From the NCBI GenBank assembly GCA_965116185.1, contig OZ220492.1:675662-739661 (forward strand): DNA of 64,000 bases. The letters run 5' to 3'. The notes beneath the pieces are model-generated. The model ran no database searches, was not told the DNA's origin, and saw nothing but the letters and a program-made list of their open reading frames with translations. This stretch comes from Caldilineaceae bacterium (GTDB lineage: Bacteria > Chloroflexota > Anaerolineae > Caldilineales > Caldilineaceae). This document shows positions 59,599 to 64,000 of this stretch, one piece after another (the stretch's first letter is position 1; each line of letters begins with the position of its first letter). The translations under genes were made by a program, and so were the position numbers.

Positions 59599-60255
59599 AT
59601 GCACAAAACTCGACAGCGCATTCTGGAACTCTTGCAACAACACGAACACGGTACGGTGCGGGAGATTGCAGATTGGCTTGCTATCAAGCTGCCCTCCCTG
59701 CGGTATCATCTCCTAGCCTTAGAGGAAGAGGGCCTGATTGAACGGGTGCCCCTTGCCCTTTCGGGGGATGCGGGCCGCCCACCGGTCGTATACGCCCTGA
59801 CCACCGCCGGCATTAAGGCGTTGCCCCAGTGTACGCCCTGGCTGGTGAAGGGACTTCTGGATCAGCTACAGATACACACGTCATCCGCACAACTGGATGC
59901 AGCTTTCCGGGATATGGGACATAGCCTAGCGCGCGAGTTTGTGACCGAACCCCTTGAGGATTTGCCTTTGGCCAAGCGCCTGGATGCAGTGAGCAAGGTG
60001 CTCTCCAACCGGGGCTACGGTGCCTCTATTCAAACGCTGGAGAAAGGCGAGCACAGCCAAGTGTTGCTGCAGACGCGCGTTTGTCCCTACGGTGAACTAC
60101 CGCTGGAACATAAGGGGCTGTGCCGGCTGGATCGAGAGCTTGTAAGTGAACTAGTGGGCCAGCCCTGTACGCAAGATCAGGTTTTGGCACTGGGTGATGA
60201 CCGCTGTACGTTCATAATCTCATCACCGGACGAGATCTCGTTGGATATCGCATGA
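59599..60255 (+). CDS. ArsR-type winged-helix regulator with a Cys-containing C-terminal domain (COG2345-like)
   Basis: RQRILELLQQHEHGTVREIADWLAIKLPSLRYHLLALEEEGLIE. The C-terminal half has four Cys. The stop overlaps the moaA start (ATGA). The start could be further upstream (GTG). Confidence 0.8.
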   Translation: MHKTRQRILELLQQHEHGTVREIADWLAIKLPSLRYHLLALEEEGLIERVPLALSGDAGRPPVVYALTTAGIKALPQCTPWLVKGLLDQLQIHTSSAQLDAAFRDMGHSLAREFVTEPLEDLPLAKRLDAVSKVLSNRGYGASIQTLEKGEHSQVLLQTRVCPYGELPLEHKGLCRLDRELVSELVGQPCTQDQVLALGDDRCTFIISSPDEISLDIA

Positions 60256-61370
60256 GTAAGAAAGAACCGTACGTTGCGGCGTTACCGGCGCAGGCTGATA
60301 TCCCCCCGGCTACGGTCCCCGTTAGCCTGAACGGCAATGGGTTCGGGACCGTCACCATGCAACCGCTCCCGGATTTCCGTCCCGGCATGATGCTGCGGGA
60401 TCAGTTTGGGCGTTCGCTGCAGTATATGCGCATCAGCCTTACGGATGCCTGCAACCTGCGGTGCGTCTACTGTATGCCGGAAAACATGCAGTTTATGCCC
60501 CGCTCACAGCTGCTGACCGACGATGAAATCCTGTATCTGGCCCAGGTCGCCGCTAGTTTGGGGGTAACCAAAATTCGGCTGACCGGCGGCGAGCCGACGA
60601 TTCGGCCCGGAATCGTGGAACTGGTGTCACGGCTATCGCAACTGGAAGGGTTGCAGGATCTGGCTATGACCACCAATGCTCTCAGCCTGGATACTTTGGC
60701 GCCGGCCCTGAAGCGAGCGGGTCTCAAGCGTGTCAACATCAGCCTGGACACCCTGGACCCGGCGAAATTTCATGCCCTAACGCGCTGGGGACACATTGAA
60801 GATGTCTGGCGCGGCATTGATGCCGCCGAGGAGGCGGGGCTGACACCGCTGAAACTGAATTCCGTGATCGTGCGCCACTTCAACGATCAACAGGATATGC
60901 TTGATCTGGCGGCCTTGACCCTGGAACATGCCTGGGAAGTGCGTTTCATAGAAATGATGCCGTTTGACGCGGTCACGGATTTTCAGCAGACGAACGTAGT
61001 ACCTTTCCATGAAATGCGGAACACGATCGAAAGCCACTTCGGCACCCTGGAAGAAGTCGGCTACGATTATGTGGATCCAAGCCGCCCCTTTCGCATTGCG
61101 GGAGCCCAGGGTACCCTCGGCTTCATTAATAGTGTGACTGAACCTTTCTGCCAGGGCTGTGGTCGGGTACGCCTGACCGCGGACGGCAAGCTACGCCTTT
61201 GCCTACTCAAGGAAGACGAAGTGGATCTGATCACACCGTTGCGAGAGGGCCGTTCCTTTGCGGAGATGCAGCGCATTTTCTGGGAAGGTGCGTTTCATAA
61301 ACCCTGGGGCCATGACCTGGAGCAAGGAAAGTTTGCCGAGAACCGGGCCATGAATCAGCTGGGTGGCTAA
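60252..61370 (+). CDS. moaA: GTP 3',8-cyclase MoaA (radical SAM) with an N-terminal extension of about 45 aa
   Basis: ISLTDACNLRCVYCMP and the C-terminal CQGCGRVRLTADGKLRLCL. Confidence 0.93.
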   Translation: MSKKEPYVAALPAQADIPPATVPVSLNGNGFGTVTMQPLPDFRPGMMLRDQFGRSLQYMRISLTDACNLRCVYCMPENMQFMPRSQLLTDDEILYLAQVAASLGVTKIRLTGGEPTIRPGIVELVSRLSQLEGLQDLAMTTNALSLDTLAPALKRAGLKRVNISLDTLDPAKFHALTRWGHIEDVWRGIDAAEEAGLTPLKLNSVIVRHFNDQQDMLDLAALTLEHAWEVRFIEMMPFDAVTDFQQTNVVPFHEMRNTIESHFGTLEEVGYDYVDPSRPFRIAGAQGTLGFINSVTEPFCQGCGRVRLTADGKLRLCLLKEDEVDLITPLREGRSFAEMQRIFWEGAFHKPWGHDLEQGKFAENRAMNQLGG

Positions 61371-61412
61371 ACAGGGTCCCGGCATGGGGATCTTGATGTA
61401 TAATAAAGGTTA

Positions 61413-61826
61413 ATGATAGTGATACGTGACGATACAACAGAAAACAGGAGTGCTATCTTGATTACATTGACTGAATCGGCAGCCACACGCCTCCAGGCCG
61501 TCATGACGGAAAAAGGCATGAATGGTGACCACGGTTTGCGTGTATTCGTCAAGGGCGGCGGCTGCGGTGGCATGCAGTACGGCATGACCTTTGATGACAA
61601 AGAGCGCGACGGTGACGACATCAGCCAGCAGCATGGCATGAAGGTGTTTGTGGATCCCACCAGCCTCTTCTACATTGAAGGAGCATCCATTGACTATGTG
61701 GATTCCCTCATGGGAGGCGGCTTCCATATTGAGAACCCCAATGCGGTGAGTTCCTGCGGCTGTGGCAGTAGCTTCCGCACGGCTGATAGCCAAGCGGCTG
61801 CGGGGGCGGGGTGCGGTCACGGCTAG
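61413..61826 (+). CDS. A-type iron-sulfur cluster carrier (IscA/ErpA/HesB family) with a Gly/Cys-rich C-terminal tail
   Basis: LRVFVKGGGCGGMQYGM and SCGCGSSF. The start is uncertain. Confidence 0.88.
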   Translation: MIVIRDDTTENRSAILITLTESAATRLQAVMTEKGMNGDHGLRVFVKGGGCGGMQYGMTFDDKERDGDDISQQHGMKVFVDPTSLFYIEGASIDYVDSLMGGGFHIENPNAVSSCGCGSSFRTADSQAAAGAGCGHG

Positions 61827-61867
61827 GGTGAGGGTCTGATACCTTCTCCCGGGCATGGCAGAGCGCT

Positions 61868-62281
61868 ATGGCTACTCCCGTACGTGCCCGTCTTTACACT
61901 ATCCAGGAGGCCCGCGCTACCTTGCCGCGGGTTGCTGCCCTAATGGAACTGGTGCAGCGGGCCCGTGCCGATATTATTGAGCTCAAACCTAAAGTGTGGC
62001 CTTTTCTGCGTGGTAAGGTTGCTAACGGCGGCAATGCCCACATCACGGATCTGACCGAGCAATTCGCGCGGCTGGATGCAGCAGTGCGTCAGATCATAGG
62101 CTTGGGTATTCTTATCAAGGATATTGACAAGGGTATCGTAGATTTTCTCGCCCGGCGTCAGGGACAAGAGGTATTTCTGTGTTGGCAGTACGGCGAGGAT
62201 GACATTGAATATTGGCACGGTGTTGAGGAAGGTTTCGCCGGGCGGCGCCTGATTGTGGAAGCGGACTTTGACGAACCCTGA
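61868..62281 (+). CDS. DUF2203 protein
   Basis: LYTIQEARATLPRVAALMELV...GILIKDIDKGIVDF...LCWQYGE. Confidence 0.7.
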   Translation: MATPVRARLYTIQEARATLPRVAALMELVQRARADIIELKPKVWPFLRGKVANGGNAHITDLTEQFARLDAAVRQIIGLGILIKDIDKGIVDFLARRQGQEVFLCWQYGEDDIEYWHGVEEGFAGRRLIVEADFDEP

Positions 62282-62301
62282 CCCGAGCTCCCCCTTTTGT
62301 A

Positions 62302-62656
62302 GTGATAAGATGTGCCATGCCCAATCCTTTTGATGCCCCTGAGATTTCCGTACAGGATGTGGAACGCAGACGCCGCGCGGGCGAAGAGTTCGTGTTGGTG
62401 GATGTACGCGAGCAGGAAGAACTGGATGTAGCACGCTTGGACGGTGTACTCCATTTGCCTCTGAGCGAATTGCGCATACAGCAGGAAGCCGGCATTCCGG
62501 CGGCCCTGCAAGAGCGGGATGTGGACTGCGTGCTTTTCTGCCACAAGGGTGTGCGCAGTGCCCGTGTAACGGCCTGGCTCATGGAACGGGGCTGGACTAA
62601 TGTCCGTTCCATGGAGGGTGGGATTGATGCCTGGTCGGTGGAAGTGGATGAGGCGA

Positions 62657-62670
<14 letters not shown>
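62302..62670 (+). CDS. single-domain rhodanese-like sulfurtransferase
   Basis: VLVDVREQEE and the active-site loop LFCHKGVRS. The start is probably the internal ATG (MPNPFD). Confidence 0.85.
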
Positions 62671-63592
<922 letters not shown>

Positions 63593-63646
63593 GGATCGAT
63601 TCCGTATTATAGGGATGTTCCGGCAGGGACCCGGCGTCACGATGCC

Positions 63647-64000
63647 ATGATTATCTTGGCCCTTGACACCTCTACCGCACAGGCGCAGCTTGCTCTGTAC
63701 GATGCCGCATCTGACCGGACGCTTTATGCGCTGTCCTGGTTGTCCCGACAGCAACAGACCCGGGAACTGGCGGTGCACATTGACACTGCTCTAGGTGCCT
63801 GCGATCTGACACCCGCACAGGTAGGCATGGTCGCGACCGCCACCGGGCCGGGCAGTTTCACCGGAGTCCGCATTAGTCTAAGTGTAGCAAAAGGTATGGC
63901 TCTCGGCGCGCAGGGGGTAGTTGTGTTGGTCGGTGTGCCCACTATGGCCATCATGCTGGCATCTCTATATTACCAGAAACGAGCGCTCGCTCGAACCGAT
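63647..64000 (+). CDS. tsaB: tRNA threonylcarbamoyladenosine biosynthesis protein TsaB (YeaZ), N-terminal part (runs off the window end)
   Basis: Hand translation from ATG 63647: MIILALDTSTAQAQLALYD...ATATGPGSFTGVRISLSVAKGMAL. It is missing from the track because there is no stop in the window. Confidence 0.85.
   Translation, partial: MIILALDTSTAQAQLALYDAASDRTLYALSWLSRQQQTRELAVHIDTALGACDLTPAQVGMVATATGPGSFTGVRISLSVAKGMALGAQGVVVLVGVPTMAIMLASLYYQKRALARTD

Overview
A 64-kb chromosomal window (about 57% GC) from a bacterium. Gene content and motifs fit a Terrabacteria or Chloroflexota-like lineage, but I cannot fix the taxon from sequence alone. Most of it is intact housekeeping DNA:
- mnmA and a cysteine desulfurase, enolase, and an ADH, enolase-superfamily and VOC group
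- a one-strand SAM-cycle block: mtnA, a LOG-family gene, ahcY, metK, ruvB
- translationally coupled uvrB-gyrA
- a DUF4129, TM-protein, MoxR, DUF58 operon, then rpe
- the classic rpsB-tsf-pyrH-frr-uppS-cdsA cluster
- tRNA-Pro, htpG, an HNH gene, an acyl-CoA synthetase, a BON/LysM protein, dnaN, pepA and an aminotransferase
- two tandem tRNA-Ala genes, then moaA, an A-type Fe-S carrier, nfo and tsaB

Two accessory stretches stand out.

1. About 17.7-24.8 kb, directly downstream of gyrA. It holds a tightly overlapped four-unit cassette: an unknown N-domain fused to a nucleoside-2-deoxyribosyltransferase/TIR-like domain, a beta-class DNA methyltransferase, a 254-aa orphan with a possible PD-(D/E)XK motif, and a UvrD-C-terminal/Cas4-like nuclease. 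I cannot assign this architecture to a named defence system. Nearly every accessory gene here carries in-frame stops or frameshifts, so the cassette looks like a fossil in this genome.

2. About 56.4-59.5 kb, a lower-GC integrase-less island next to the tRNA-Ala pair. It carries a two-gene membrane cassette behind a palindrome-embedded TATAAT that lies 6 nt from the ATG, which suggests a leaderless transcript.

Other observations: perfect palindromes upstream of htpG and of a VOC gene, a 646-bp ORF-free convergent spacer next to dnaN, and a frameshifted mnmA.

I saw no CRISPR array, rRNA, transposase or integrase. All functional calls rest on motif recognition by eye. Frameshift positions are approximate, and the lesions could be assembly errors until checked against reads.
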